A DNA stretch of 63,084 nucleotides, the filler included, from Octopus bimaculoides (lineage: Eukaryota), in the NCBI RefSeq assembly GCF_001194135.2. It is 7 parts of 6 records of this genome, joined end to end, with 100 filler letters (N's around TTAATTAATTAA, not from the genome) between each part and the next. Parts side by side here need not be neighbours in the genome. Positions count along the whole stretch, not along the records: positions 1 to 19,432 come from NC_068996.1; 6 more parts are not named here. One strand, 5' to 3'. Positions within the stretch are counted from its first letter, which is position 1; the number at the start of each line of letters is the position of its first letter. Shown piece after piece: positions 1 to 12,079 of the stretch. The notes beneath the pieces were generated by a model that saw only the letters and a list, made by a program, of their open reading frames with translations, had not been told where the DNA came from and ran no database searches. Made by a program: the position numbers and the translations under genes.

Positions 1-270
1 GCGAGATCGTTGCCAGTGCCCCTGGACTGGCTTTTGTGCGGGTGGCACATAAAAGACACCATTTCGAGTGTGGCCATTTTCGTGTGGGTGACACGTAAAA
101 GCACCCACTACACTCTCTGAGTGGTTGGCGTTAGGAAGGGCATCCAGCTGTAGAAACTCTGCCAAATTAGATTGGAGCCTGGTATTGCCATCCGGTTTCA
201 CCAGTCCTCAGTCAAATCGTCCAACCCATGCTAGCATGGAAAGCGGACGTTGAACGATGATGATGATGAT
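1..270 (+). mobile_element. SINE-like interspersed repeat with (GAT)n tail (local family S3)
   Basis: Shares GGTGGCACRTAAAA, AGGAAGGGCATCCAGCTGTAGAAAC and CCAACCCATGC..AGCATGGAAA..GAYGAT(GAT)n with 3085-3430, 4505-4800 and 8040-8380. Confidence 0.8.
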
Positions 271-294
271 GATGATATATATATATAGCAACCC

Positions 295-1070
295 CCTTGC
301 AGGAAGCTCAGGAACTTTTAGACCGGTTTTCTGCTGCATGTAAAGCCTTTAGTTTGACCATCAGTATAAAAGAAGATGGAAGTAATCCACCAACCTTGAT
401 TTACTCCTAAGTAAATTCAAAGCGCCAAACTGAGGACACAAGTTCACAGTTTCCCTGACACTTCTTTACAGGTTGATAGGAAAAACATAAAGTATGTGAA
501 GTGATTTACATATCTTACCCTTGATGATTAAATTATCAACCATCTTGTGAAATTGACCAAAGCATTTTCACACTCCATCCTCACCTATGGAATGAAAGAA
601 GCATTCAATTTGACACCAGAGTGCAGTTCTATAACACTAACATTCTTACCACTCTCTTGTACTGCTGGGAATCATGGACACCCATGATTCCCAGGGGAAT
701 CAACTAGAACCAACTAGAAGTCTTCCACAAAGGCTGTCTCAGGACAATCTGCAGTTATTCACTAAAAGACAGAGTGTCTAATGTTGACTTGCTTAGCAAG
801 TGTAAGATTAGGGGAATCAAGAACTACCTCATGTAGTTGCAATTGGCCATGTTGGCAGAATGAGTGATGAAAGAATATCCAAATTCCTTACGTACAGCCA
901 GCTTGATAGTGGGCGCAGGAATGTTGGTTGACCATGGCTCAAATATAAGAGAAGTTGAAGAATAACCTCTTAGCAGTGAAAATAGCTCACATCACCTTTA
1001 AGCAAACAGCCTCGGAACAAACAAAATGTTGTGTCAAAATGGTATAAAAGACTTTGTTTTAACCAGCATT
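295..1070 (+). mobile_element. RTE-clade LINE 3' remnant (RT C-terminal half, decayed)
   Basis: Manual translation gives QELLDRFSAACKAFSLTISIK, TTLLYCWESWT, QLEVFHKGCLRTI and GHVGRMSDERISKFLTYSQL, with stops and frameshifts. Confidence 0.85.
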
Positions 1071-1350
1071 AACAGGCTTCAGGGTGCAAAAGGCAAAGGA
1101 GTAAAATAGCTGCAAATATACCATCTGTGTGCGTGTGCATGTATGTGTGTACACATTTATCAATTTGTGTTGCAAGATTCCAGATGTGAGACCATGTGCT
1201 GAAACAGATATTGCTGCATTTCAGGATGGTCAATCTTTTTTTTTTTTTTTTTGCCAAATAAACACACATACTATATATTCATTTTTCATTCATCTATAAT
1301 CGTTGTTATTTCATCTTATTATTGTTGTCATTTTATGTTATGTCCATTGT

Positions 1351-1390
1351 CTGGAAATCTTTTGTCACACATCTGTGACCTCTTCAGCAA
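1351..1390 (-). ncRNA. Decayed hammerhead motif, family B-like
   Basis: UUG-CUGAAGA-G-GUCACA(GAUG)UGUGAC-AAAA-GAUUUC-CAG. Stem II is the same as at 24185-24229, but GAAA is mutated to AAAA. Confidence 0.55.
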
Positions 1391-1789
1391 CCTTTTCCAT
1401 CCACATGTATCCCCCTGCTCTACTTAGTCTATTCTGTCCTTCTATGATATGTATCCTTATCTGTACATACATTTGCATCTTTCTGTGTGTGTGCGTGCAT
1501 GCATGTATGCATGCACATATGCGTGTCTGTGTGTGTGCATGCATGTACACATGTCTATGGGTTTCACATGTGTGCACACATGTGAAACACATAGGCACTC
1601 TACCCCAACAAACCAAACTACATCTTTCTCTCTTCACATTTCTTTTTCATGCACTTGGCTTATCTCTCAATCCCCAATCTTGTCCTCAAGGTTCTACTCC
1701 CCTCTATATACCCAGGTTTTTCACTTGAGGGTATGCCCTAGCACTTGCCACCACCTATCTCTCTTTTCCTTTACTTTATCATCTCGTTT

Positions 1790-1931
1790 ATACATTATTT
1801 ACATTCAACGGATATTTGTCCTCATCTTGTTTGTTGTTAACACAACGTTTCGGCTGATATACCCTCCAGCCTTCATTAGGTGTCTTGGGGAAATTTCGAA
1901 CCTGGGTTCTCATCCCTAATGTATTTTTCGA

Positions 1932-1975
<44 letters not shown>

Positions 1976-2045
1976 TCACTGCCTGGAATCATACTCGGAA
2001 TCTTGGAGTTAGTAGCCCATGCTCTTAACCACTATGCCATATGGA
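1790..2045 (-). mobile_element. tRNA-headed, HHR-carrying SINE-like element (family A), second copy
   Basis: Minus strand reads CATATGGCATAGTGGTTAAGAGC..GAGTATGATTCCAGG-(AAT)n-..AAGACACCTAATGAAGGCTGGAGGGTATATCAGCCGAAACGTTGTGTT, colinear with 22582-22925. Confidence 0.85.
1839..1884 (-). ncRNA. Hammerhead motif family A with G5A core substitution (probably inactive)
   Basis: GACAC-CUAAUGA-A-GGCUG..CAGCC-GAAAC-GUU-GUGUU. Confidence 0.75.
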
Positions 2046-2170
2046 GGGTATATCAGCCAAAACTTTGTGTTAACAACAAACAAGATGAGGACAAATATCT
2101 GTCAATTGTAAATAATGTAAATAATTCCTCATCTCTTAAATATAGAATTGTATCATCTCATTTATATTTT
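2041..2170 (+). repeat. Inverted partial copy of the family A 3' half
   Basis: TGGAGGGTATATCAGCCAAAACTTTGTGTTAACAACAAACAAGATGAGGACAAATATC matches the reverse complement of about 1810-1870. Confidence 0.85.
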
Positions 2171-2241
2171 GATCCTCATTCCTTGTGAATATGCCCCAGC
2201 ATCTATCTCCCACCTTCTCTTGTGCTCTTGTTGTCTCTCTG

Positions 2242-2312
<71 letters not shown>

Positions 2313-2599
2313 CTCTTCCCTCAGGCTGGATAGCCATGTATCTCCTATACAGCAGCACACTTGTTTCTTTCCTCGTTCTTGATCACCTGCTCTTACTCCT
2401 TTATCTGGTGGTCAGTATGGAAGCTAGGGTTAGATAACTGGTTGGTGAGGTTTGTCCAAGCCATGTCAATTAGATGCAAGTCAACAATGAATATAGCAAA
2501 GAATTTAATTTACAGGTAAGACTTCACCAAAGATCAGTTCTCAATTGCCTTATATTCATCACAGTTTTTCAAGCCATAACAGAGGAGTTTAAGATTGGT

Positions 2600-2659
2600 T
2601 ACTCATAGGAGCTTTTCTAGTGAGTGGACTTGGTAGACAGAAACTGAAAGAAGCCCATC

Positions 2660-2702
<43 letters not shown>

Positions 2703-2875
2703 TGTGTCTGTGTTTGTCCCCCACACTGACGTTGGTGTGTTTATGTCCCCATAACTTAGCAGTTCAGCAAAAAAGACTGATAGAATAAGTATTGAGCTTA
2801 CAAAGAATAAGTCCCAGAAGGTGGTGCTCCAGCATGGCTGCCGTCAAATGACTGAAACAAGTAAGATACAATAAT
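2600..2875 (+). mobile_element. SINE (local family S2), 5'-truncated
   Basis: GAGTGGA.TTGGTAGAC.GAAACTGAAAGAAGCCC-(TG)n-..CAGCATGGCTGC.GTCAAATGACTGAAACAAGTAA, shared with 4105-4495, 40925-41310 and 47163-47495. Confidence 0.85.
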
Positions 2876-3084
2876 GTTTTATGTTGGGAAAAGTTGTGAT
2901 ATAAGAATTTTCTTATAGATAAATAAATTTTATCATTCATTTCTCTTGTCATAACTTTATATACTCCTGATCTTTTTCACTTGTATTGTGCTGTATATTC
3001 TGTGTTTTGTAAAATGATACATTAAGGAGCTTTTTTTGTGAGTACCAGTGGATTAATTGAATCCATATATTGTGATTTAAATTC

Positions 3085-3426
3085 ATGTGGAAATTGCAGT
3101 TGTGATACTCATGCCGGTGGCACGTAAAAAGCATTATTCGAACGTGGCTGAAGCCAGCACTGCCTTGACTGACTTCCAAGCCGGTGGCACGTAAAAAGCA
3201 CCAACCAATCATGGCTGTTTCCAGCCTCCTCTGGCTCCCGTGCTGGTGGCACGTAAAAGCACCCACTATACTCTCAGAGTGGTAGGCTTTAGGAAGGGCA
3301 TCCAGCTGTAGAAACGCTGCCAGACCAGATTGGAGCCTGGGGCAGCCTCCTGGCTTCCCAGACACCAGTCAAACCGTCCAACCCATGCCAGCATGGAAAA
3401 CAGACGCTAAACGATGATGATGATAA

Positions 3427-3430
<4 letters not shown>
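3085..3430 (+). mobile_element. SINE-like repeat S3 with three internal GGTGGCACGTAAAA motifs
   Basis: Homologous to 1-270 and ends in (GAT)n followed by (AT)n. Confidence 0.8.
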
Positions 3431-3499
<69 letters not shown>

Positions 3500-3502
<3 letters not shown>

Positions 3503-3665
3503 ATATGATAGGTTTCTTTCAGTTTCTGTCTGCCAAATCCTCTCCCAAGACTTTTGTCAGCTCAAGGCTGTAGCAGAAGACACTTGCCCAAGGTGTCTTG
3601 CTGTAGGATCAGGCCGAGAACCATGTAGTTTGGAAGCAAAATTCTTACTACTCTGCCGTGCCTGA
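3500..3665 (-). mobile_element. SINE S2 5' part
   Basis: Reverse complement of the CCTTGGGCAAGTGTCTTCTGCTACAGCC..GAAACTGAAAGAA block. Confidence 0.75.
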
Positions 3666-4104
3666 ACCTGACACATCAACACACAGGGTGCCAGAAATGG
3701 CTAAGTATGAAGACTTAGATCTCACAATGAGGTAAACAACATTGAAAGCATCAAGTGTTGGTAGAATACGGTATGTATGCAAGGACCAAATCCAATTTAA
3801 ACCATAAAAGCAACTCTGACATTGGTCCTTGATGTAATGTAAGTCTAAAAGTAAACACAAATGAATGGCATTTAAAATTCATGACAGACAGCTGTTTCTG
3901 TAGAATGTTATTAATGTGTTCATAAATTACATCATATAACCCACCATTATCAAGTAAAATCTTACCTGTTTAAAATGGTGGATTGTATATTGAATTGTAA
4001 TCTGTTTTGAATGCATTCATAAAATTCTACCAAGACAGCTCTTGTAAACTTTGAATGCCATTTGTGTTTACCTTATATATATATAAGGTGAGACCATAAA
4101 ATTA

Positions 4105-4236
4105 TAGGCACAGGTGAGGCTGGGTGGTAAGAGTCTTGTTTCCAAGCACATGGTTCAATCCCACAGTGTGACACCTTGAGAAAGTGTCTTCTAGCCTTGT
4201 GAGTGGATTTGGTAGATGGAAACTGAAAGAAACTTA

Positions 4237-4273
<37 letters not shown>

Positions 4274-4495
4274 GGGAGTGTCTTTCTGTCTGTGCTTGTC
4301 CCCCATCACTGCTTGACAACCAATGTTTGTGTGTTTACATCCCTGTAACTTAGTGGTTCACAAAAAAAGAGACAGATAGAATAAGTACTAGGCATTAATA
4401 AAATAAGCCCCAGGGCAGGGTTGTTCAACTAAAACCTCTCAAAGCAGTGCCCCAGCATGACAGCAGTCAAACGACTGAAACAGGTAAAAGAGATT
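4105..4495 (+). mobile_element. SINE S2, near full length
   Basis: GGCTGGGTGGTAAG..CATGGTTCAATCCCAC head, central (TA)n and ACTGAAACAGGTAAAAGA tail. Confidence 0.85.
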
Positions 4496-4504
4496 AAAAG
4501 ATAT

Positions 4505-4800
4505 ATATATCATCATCATCATCATCATCATCATCATTTAACGTCTGCTTTCCATGATGGCATAGGTTGGACAGTTTGATTGGGCTGGCACTCTGGAAGG
4601 CTGCACCGGACTCCAGTCTGATTTGGCATGGTTTTCTATGGATGGATACCCTTCCTAATGCCAACCACTGCAAGAGTATAATGGGTGCTTTCACGTGCCA
4701 CCAGCACAGGTGCCATTTGTGTGACACTGGTATCTGGCATGACTGCAATTTTGCTTGACTTGATGGGTCTTCTTCTCAAGCACGACATAATGCCAAAGGT
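4505..4800 (-). mobile_element. SINE-like repeat S3
   Basis: (ATC)n followed by TTTAACGTCTGCTTTCCATG, the reverse complement of the S3 3' end. Confidence 0.8.
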
Positions 4801-5069
4801 CTTGGACATTGCCACTGTGAGGCCCAATTCTCTAAATAAACTCAGGCATTACAAGTCTAATAACCTGGTGTACAACTCAATATATGTATGTTTCAGAACA
4901 AAGTGTTAGATGAGTATAAAGCAGTAATAAGAAAAAGAGATGACACTGGAAAAAATTAATGGTTATGTGATGAATTTCGTTAGTTTTCTGTTGTTTCTCC
5001 TATAAAGCACAGCGGACTCATATGTGTGTGTGTGTGTGTACATAGAAGGAGAGAGAGACATACACTTAT

Positions 5070-5735
5070 ACACTCCAAACATTAGCTTAATAAGGATAAA
5101 GTTATCTTACTAAATTCTTTATTATTTTCAAAATTAATTGAAATAATTTTCAGTGTATTTCAACAGAAATATGGTAACAAAAGGGTTAAAGTAATCTAAA
5201 TTAAAACCTTCTTCCATCAAAATTCCATCTTAATTTATGTTTCAAACACCAGATTAAATAATGAGAAAGTTATTTTACTAAATTCTTCATTATTTTTGAA
5301 ATTAATAGAGTGAAAGAAAGGCATTTTTACAGAAATATAGCAACAAAATGTTTAAAGTGATTCTAAAACCTTTCATCAAAATTTCATTTTAATTTATGTA
5401 CAAAATATCTGTTTAAGTATCATTTCAACTATAGGCACAAGGCCTGAAATTTGAGGGGAGGGGACTAGTTTATTACATCGATCCCCAGTCTTCCACTGGT
5501 ACTTAATTTATCAACCCCTGAAAGGATGAAAGGCAAGGTAAGCCTCAGTGAAATTTGAACTCAGAACACTAAGATGTACAAAATACTGCGAAGCATTTTG
5601 TCAGACGTGCTAACAATTCTGCCAGTTCACCACCAGTTTAATAATGACAAACTTATTTTATGAAATGCTTCATTATTTTCAACATTAATTGAAACAAAGG
5701 CAGTAGATTTCAACAGAAATGTGATTTAAAAAAGA
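5070..5735. repeat. About three tandem copies of a ~150-bp AT-rich unit; the third is split by a SINE
   Basis: TTAATAA.GA.AAAGTTAT.TTACTAAATTC..TTTCAACAGAAAT recurs at about 5085, 5255 and 5635. Confidence 0.7.
5432..5632 (-). mobile_element. tRNA-derived SINE (local family S1)
   Basis: Reverse complement of GGTGAACTGGCAGAATTGTTAGCACG..GTTCTGAGTTCAAATT..GCCTTTCATCCTTTC.GGGG..GATAAATTAAGTACCAG. Confidence 0.85.
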
Positions 5736-6607
5736 GCAACACATAACACAATTTTTGCTTTGCTTCAGCTAAACAACTGATATATTGCCTGTGTATAAAC
5801 TGCAAGACTAGTTATTTTCTGATATCATTCCATTCTTTTCAAGCTTTCTATTATTATTATTATTGTTGTTGTTGTTGTTTTTGTCGTTGACATATTTACT
5901 ATTGTACTCATTGACTTTCTCACAATGTTTTTATTCAGATAATGACATTTTCAGTATTGTTGTGTTTCAGTTTTCTCACAGCATTTTTCCATTCAAGCTT
6001 TGACCAGGTATGTAAATATAAATATAAATTTATCTGTGGCATGTTGCCTGCATGGAGATTGCTATTTTATGTCACTCTTTTTCACACACATACACACACA
6101 AACACACACAGTAATGAAATATATAAATGTAATTGGGGGGTGTATAAGGAGCCAAGTGTAGGAAGAAAGTAAGCTTCAATCAATCCATAGAAAATATAAA
6201 AAACAACTTTCAGGAACAATAGTGCTTTACTGAGATGGAAGGCTGTGAAGTGAAGTGCGATAAGCTGAAAACAATTTTATACTTCATGGTTGACAGCCAC
6301 AGTTACCAGATATGTAAATAAAAAGCCAAAAGTTTAAAGAGTGGAGTAGATAATATCCAGCCTACATATGTTTCATAACAAGCAGAACCTTAGAAGTAGT
6401 AAATATCAAAGTGGGGTGTATATTGAAGGCTATTCTTCAGATCAAATCTTCCATGTGTTAACATGGGCATCCTAACAACAAAGTAAACTTCATTTAATCA
6501 AGATAACCTTGACCTCAAGAGTAGCTTATCGTATGTACCTCACTTGGATATTTGCCACTTCCAAGAAGGTTCTGCTCATTTTATCTGCTCCATTCCTTAA
6601 CTTTTGG

Positions 6608-6648
<41 letters not shown>

Positions 6649-8039
6649 CATCAAATCCAATATAAATCATAGTTTTGACTTGGGGTTGGTTCCAGGTGTG
6701 ACATAGGTGCAAAAGATAATCAGAAATGGGGTTTAAATCTTACCACAACAGTTTTCATAACAACAATGACCTATTGAACATCTAACAAGATGAATGAGTA
6801 TTCATCATGTTAATTGCTGTTGAACAGTTCATTATCAACCAGTTTAAAATTTTAGCTGGAAATGATGGATTTATGCTATAATGTAATTTATGAATGCATC
6901 AATAAAATGCTACTGAAACAGATGTAGTAAGTTTTAAACCCCATTTGTGTTCTTTCATATATACATGTATGATGAATAAAGGAAAAAAGTTAACAAAATA
7001 TTGCAAAACTTTTGATTCAACACAATATTATTCTTTCAATTTTGTCAATTCTGCAAAACACCAAAACAGTGGATTTGGTTACAATATCCATTACTTGAGT
7101 CTGGTAAATATGAAGACACTCACTTCAGGGGGAATTTCTTCATAGACCACTCAGTGTTTGTATTAACAAAAACAATTCTAGACTATTTATAAGAATCCAA
7201 CACAATCCATCAGGGAACTTTTATGAGATCACTATTTATTCATGGTCTTTTGTAGAAATGAAATTTCATCATGGATGTATGATGTAATAGCTTTTGTACA
7301 GTCTAAAATATCTGGTTACATGCAATTTAAAAGTTTAAAAATGAAACTAAACAAACAGGAAGTGATGACTATAAATTTTGATAATTTCGTACAAACAATC
7401 TTTGTAACCTAACCAACGTATAGAACGTGAATGGATGGGAATAAGAAAGACAATCGCTTGTTCACTGCGTGTAGCTTTCATTCTGGAAATTAGTTCAGTT
7501 GTCATGCAGGGATGACGTGTAATATAGTGGCTATCATGCATTGTCATACGAGCCATCGGATTGCCTTATCTCTAGTGGTGGTCATAAGTTGGAACGGTGT
7601 ACCTCAGTTGTTATTTCTGAAATATTGTACATGTAGGTACGAGTGGATATAGCATAATGAAAGAGTTCTGTTTATAAAATTAAAGCATTTCACCAATTCT
7701 CTGTGTTTGCTTTATGAAATTATGGGATGTCAGTATCGTCAATTCCAGTCATTTTATTTATTTTTTCCTTTAAACCCCTACACCAACAATCCAATATCAT
7801 GTTGGATTTCTTTGTTATTTTAGCCTTAGGTCAGCCCTGATCCTACAGATTTATGGCAAGCGGTATTCTTTGGACCAAACACTGTGTCTGTACAATGTAA
7901 CTATATTAGACAGTTCATTGATTCAAAAAGCCAAAGAATAGCCTTGAATATCTGAAGATTCACCTTCCTCAAAGGAAAGAAAATCTCTCAAGGTCACTTC
8001 TATTTGCTTACATGGAATAACCATCATGATTTAGCGTCC

Positions 8040-8380
8040 ATTGCCCATACTGGCATGGGTTGTACGGTCTGACTAGAGCTGGCAAATTGGAAGGTGGCAC
8101 CAGACTCCAGTGTGATTTGGTATGGTTTCTACAGGTGGATGCCCTTCCTAATAGAAACCACTTTACAGAGTGTAGTGGCTGTTTCTTCATTCCACTGATA
8201 CAGGTGCCATTTGTGTGACACCAGTATCTGCTACGATTGTGATTTCACTCAGCTTGATGGGTCTTCTTCTCAAGCAAAACATAATGCCAAAGGTTTCAGT
8301 CATTTGTCATTGCCTCCATGAGGCCCAGCACTCGAAAGAAGCTTTCACATGCCACAAGCCTCGACCATTTTGCTTCTGTG
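8040..8380 (-). mobile_element. SINE-like repeat S3, diverged
   Basis: Shares GATTTGG.ATGGTTTCTA..GGTGGATGCCCTTCCTAAT and GATGGGTCTTCTTCTCAAGCA..ACATAATGCCAAAGG with 4600-4800. Confidence 0.7.
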
Positions 8381-8449
8381 TGGCTCAATGCTCGATAGGT
8401 GCTTTGGTGGTGGTGGTGGTAGCAGCAGCAGCAGCAGCAGCAGCAGCAG

Positions 8450-10595
8450 CTTACATGGGAGGCTGAGGGAACAACTTCAGGATTGCCTTAATGGAGGTGT
8501 AATATCAGACTGGATGACAAAAGGAAACAGTACTCCTTATGAAAGGCATCTACTAATTATAGACCAATCACTTGTTTACCGTTAATGTGGAAGCTGATAA
8601 CAGGAATGGTTTCAGAAAGCATTTACAAGCACCTTGACAGCCAGAATTTACTGCCACAAGAACAAAAAGGTTGCAGGAAGAAGGCTAGAGGAATGCATGA
8701 TCTATTATATAGAGACAAAGCAGTTCTAAATGAAGTAAAAGCTAGAAAGAAAAATCTAACAATAGCATGGACAGATTATAGGAAAGCCTATGACATGATC
8801 CCACACTTTTGGATAAGTAAATGTCTGAGTATATTCAGTATAGCAGACAACATAAGAGAATTGATTAGCTTTAGCATGAAGAAATAGAAAGTAGATGTCT
8901 ACTCAGGTGACACACTCTTAGGGAATTTTCAAAGGCAACTCGTTGTCCCCTTTAATATTTGTTTTAAGTTTGATCCCCTCAGTTTAAGTGTTAAGGAAGG
9001 CAAAGGTAGGGTGTCAGTTCAGAAATAGTAAGGGAAGGATCAACCATTTGCTCTACATGGATGATCTGAAGTTTTTTTTTTTTTAGTAAGAATAAGAAAG
9101 AGATAGATTCCTTAAAATACAGACTGTAAGACTTTCATCAAAGATATAAGCATGGAATTTGGCAGAAATAAATGTGCAATATTATTCATGAGAAAAGGAC
9201 AGGTAGTCAACATTGAAGGCATCCAAATACCAGATGGTGAGACATTAAAATCATTGAAAGGAGGAGAGAGTTATAAGTATCTAGGAGTATTAGAATCTGA
9301 TAGAGTACTAACTACAGAAATGAAAAGGAAAATTGAGAAGGAATGAATTAGAAGGGCGAGGAAGCTAATTAAGTCAAAGCTAAAAGGTCCGAATCTAGTG
9401 AAGGCTGTAAATACTTGGGAAGTATCATTACTTAGATACTCAGCAGCTTTTGTAGATTGGACAAAAACTGAATTAGCAAAGTTAGTTAGAAGAACTAGGA
9501 AGGAATTTGATATGGATGGNNNNNNNNNNNNNNNNNNNNNNNNNNNNNNNNNNNNNNNNNNNNNNNNNNNNNNNNNNNNNNNNNNNNNNNNNNNNNNNNN
9601 NNNNNNNNNNNNNNNNNNNNNNNNNNNNNNNNNNNNNNNNNNNNNNNNNNNNNNNNNNNNNNNNNNNNNNNNNNNNNNNNNNNNNNNNNNNNNNNNNNNN
9701 NGGTTAATATCAGTGGAAGACTACCTAGAGTTAGTTAGAGTAGATATAGACTCCTATGAAGGTAATAGTGAAGAAAGTTTATTAAGAGCTGCTAGAGACA
9801 TAGCAAGACATAGGGAAACCAAAAAGCCAAATGAAGTTAAAAACCAGAAAAAAAAAAAACAAATGTTATCTGACTAGCAAGAGAAGGCTTTGCATGGTGG
9901 ATTGCCAAAGATAGTTGGCTATGGTTGCAGAAAGGAAAGCTGAAGAGAAAGACAGAAAGTTTGTTAGTAGCTGCACAAGATCAAGCATTAAAGATTAATT
10001 GGATAAAAGCCAAGATAGACAAAAGCCAAGTATATACCTAATGTAGGTTAAGTAAACCAAAAGAGGAAAGCGTTACTCATATAGTGAGTGTAGTGTGCTG
10101 GTACAGAAAGAATACAAGTAAAGACATGACAACCTAGGGAGAGTAATCCACTGGGAGTTATGTAGAAAGCTAGGATTTGAACATACTGATAAATGGTATG
10201 AACATGAACAGATTAAAGCATTAGAAAGTAAGAAATATAAGATGTTGTGGGACATGAACATTCAGACAGACAGTAATAGAAGCTTGAAGGCTTGATTTAG
10301 TAGTAGTAGATAAAGAGAACAGAAAGCGCCAGATAATTGAGTTTATAGTCCTAAATGATGAAAACATTGATATGAGAGGTATAAAGAAAATAGCAAAGTA
10401 CAAGGACTTTGACTTACAGAGACTATGGAAAGTGGGGGTAAAATGTATCCCAGTAGTTATAGGTGCATTGGAAACAATCCCTAAAGATCTGAACAGATGG
10501 ATAAAGGAAATAGGCATAAAACCCAATTCAGTAGAGCTGCAGTAAACAGTGTTATTAGGGACAGCCAGGATACTTAGGAGGGTTCTTGACATCTA
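8450..10595 (+). mobile_element. R4/Dong-type non-LTR retrotransposon (RT plus restriction-like endonuclease), 5'-truncated and decayed
   Basis: YRPITCLPLMWKL, LLPQEQKGCRK, AWTDYRKAYDMIPH, HLLYMDDLK, YKYLG, LVAAQDQAL, KHDNLGRVIHWELC and IPVVIGAL, with many stops. Confidence 0.92.
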
Positions 10596-10614
10596 AGGTT
10601 ATTTGTTGTGATGA

Positions 10615-11070
10615 TAATAACAAAAACAATCGACCAGACATTGTGATCAAGGACGACAACAGAGGAACTTGTCTGTTAATAGATATGTCTATCCAACAAG
10701 ATCCAGATGTCTCAAGAAAGGGATATGAAAAGCTTTCTCACTATAAAGATCTGCAAATTGAAATCACAAAATTATGGAAGCTTAGTTCTACGATAATACC
10801 AGTAGTAATTGGGGCATTGGGAATGATAAAGAAGGGAGCTGAGAAGTATATTAAGCAACTCCCTGGTAACTCCAATCTCCGTGAACTACAAAAGATAACT
10901 TTGATTAGTACAACCCATATACTACGGAAAGCACTCTCTATCTAAAATGGAATAAATGTGGTGATAATTTTAGCATGGATAGCAAAACAAAAATGCCCTT
11001 GCTACCCTTGGCCTTCAGAGGATGCCTGGTACTTAGGCCGCTGAAATAAAATTATAATGGGAAGAAACCA
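10615..11070 (+). mobile_element. Second R4/Dong-type 3' end (RLE domain plus 3' UTR) ending in (TAA)n
   Basis: ORF 10586-10945 reads NRPDIVIKD..LLIDMSI..EKLSHYKDLQIEITKLW..IIPVVIGALG..ILRKALSI*. Confidence 0.9.
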
Positions 11071-11072
11071 TA

Positions 11073-11134
<62 letters not shown>

Positions 11135-11699
11135 AGGCAGTGGCTCTTATGGCTTCTGATCTTAACTGATTGGAAGTGTTATCATGTACATTGTTTTGTC
11201 TTGATATAGAAGATGGGCTACAGCAAATATTCTGCTCAATACCACAGATTTGCTTGTCATTTGTTTGACCTTAACCAGTTGAGCATGTCCCTTGGTGGCT
11301 GACAATATGTGCATCTCTGATCATGAGCAGAAGTAGTGGAGGAGCATCATAGCCATGTGTTGAGAGGAATTCTTTGGGGTTTGGATAATTCACCTTTGGA
11401 AACATGCTTGTTTTGCTCAACATCCTTAAACAAACCTTATTCAGGGACCTTTTGACCAGGATGGGCTACTCGACCTGAAGAAAATTCTAACTGGGCCTCA
11501 CGTGCGAGGTCATGCGCTGTTTATCTTGATATGAGATCACCTGTTGCGCACATATGGTTGTGATGCATGTGCCTGGTGTACCCTTATCAGACGGGTAGTC
11601 ATGATGGGTATACTGGGCTTCGTATATTTTACCCCGGTGTCACTTGCTCGCTCACTCAGTAATGATATTAATGATAATATGCATGCCCCTTTGACCCAC

Positions 11700-12035
11700 G
11701 AATAGTCAAGAGGGAAGGCAAAAAGGTAGATAGATACAATCCTCTTAAGTACGAACTAGCCCGGCTATGGAAAATGAAGAAAGTGAAGATAGTGCCAATC
11801 ATTGCTGGGTCCTTGGGAACAGTATCAGAAGGCATTTAGGGGACAATAAAGGAAATTGGAATAGTATGTCCAGTAGAACTGTTACGAAAGGTTTGCCTCT
11901 TTGGCATGGCCAGAATAATCGGGAAAGTATTAAATCACTGAAAAGAACGGATAGCATGGTACCATAAGCTGCAGGCAGCAAGCCTGCTCCGCATGTAAGA
12001 CTCTAGGAGTTACAACAAAACCTGTGATAAAAAGA

Positions 12036-12040
<5 letters not shown>
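11700..12040 (+). mobile_element. Third R4/Dong-type 3' end ending in (TAA)n
   Basis: Manual translation gives YNPLKYELARLWKMKKVKIVPIIAGSLGTVS..ELLRKVCLFGMARIIGKVLNH*. Confidence 0.8.

Positions 12041-12079
<39 letters not shown>

Noticed and set aside
11135-11660. Complex ~520-bp block between the Dong remnants that looks like an inserted repeat
   Set aside because: Single copy in this window with no diagnostic motif, so it cannot be classified from the sequence alone.
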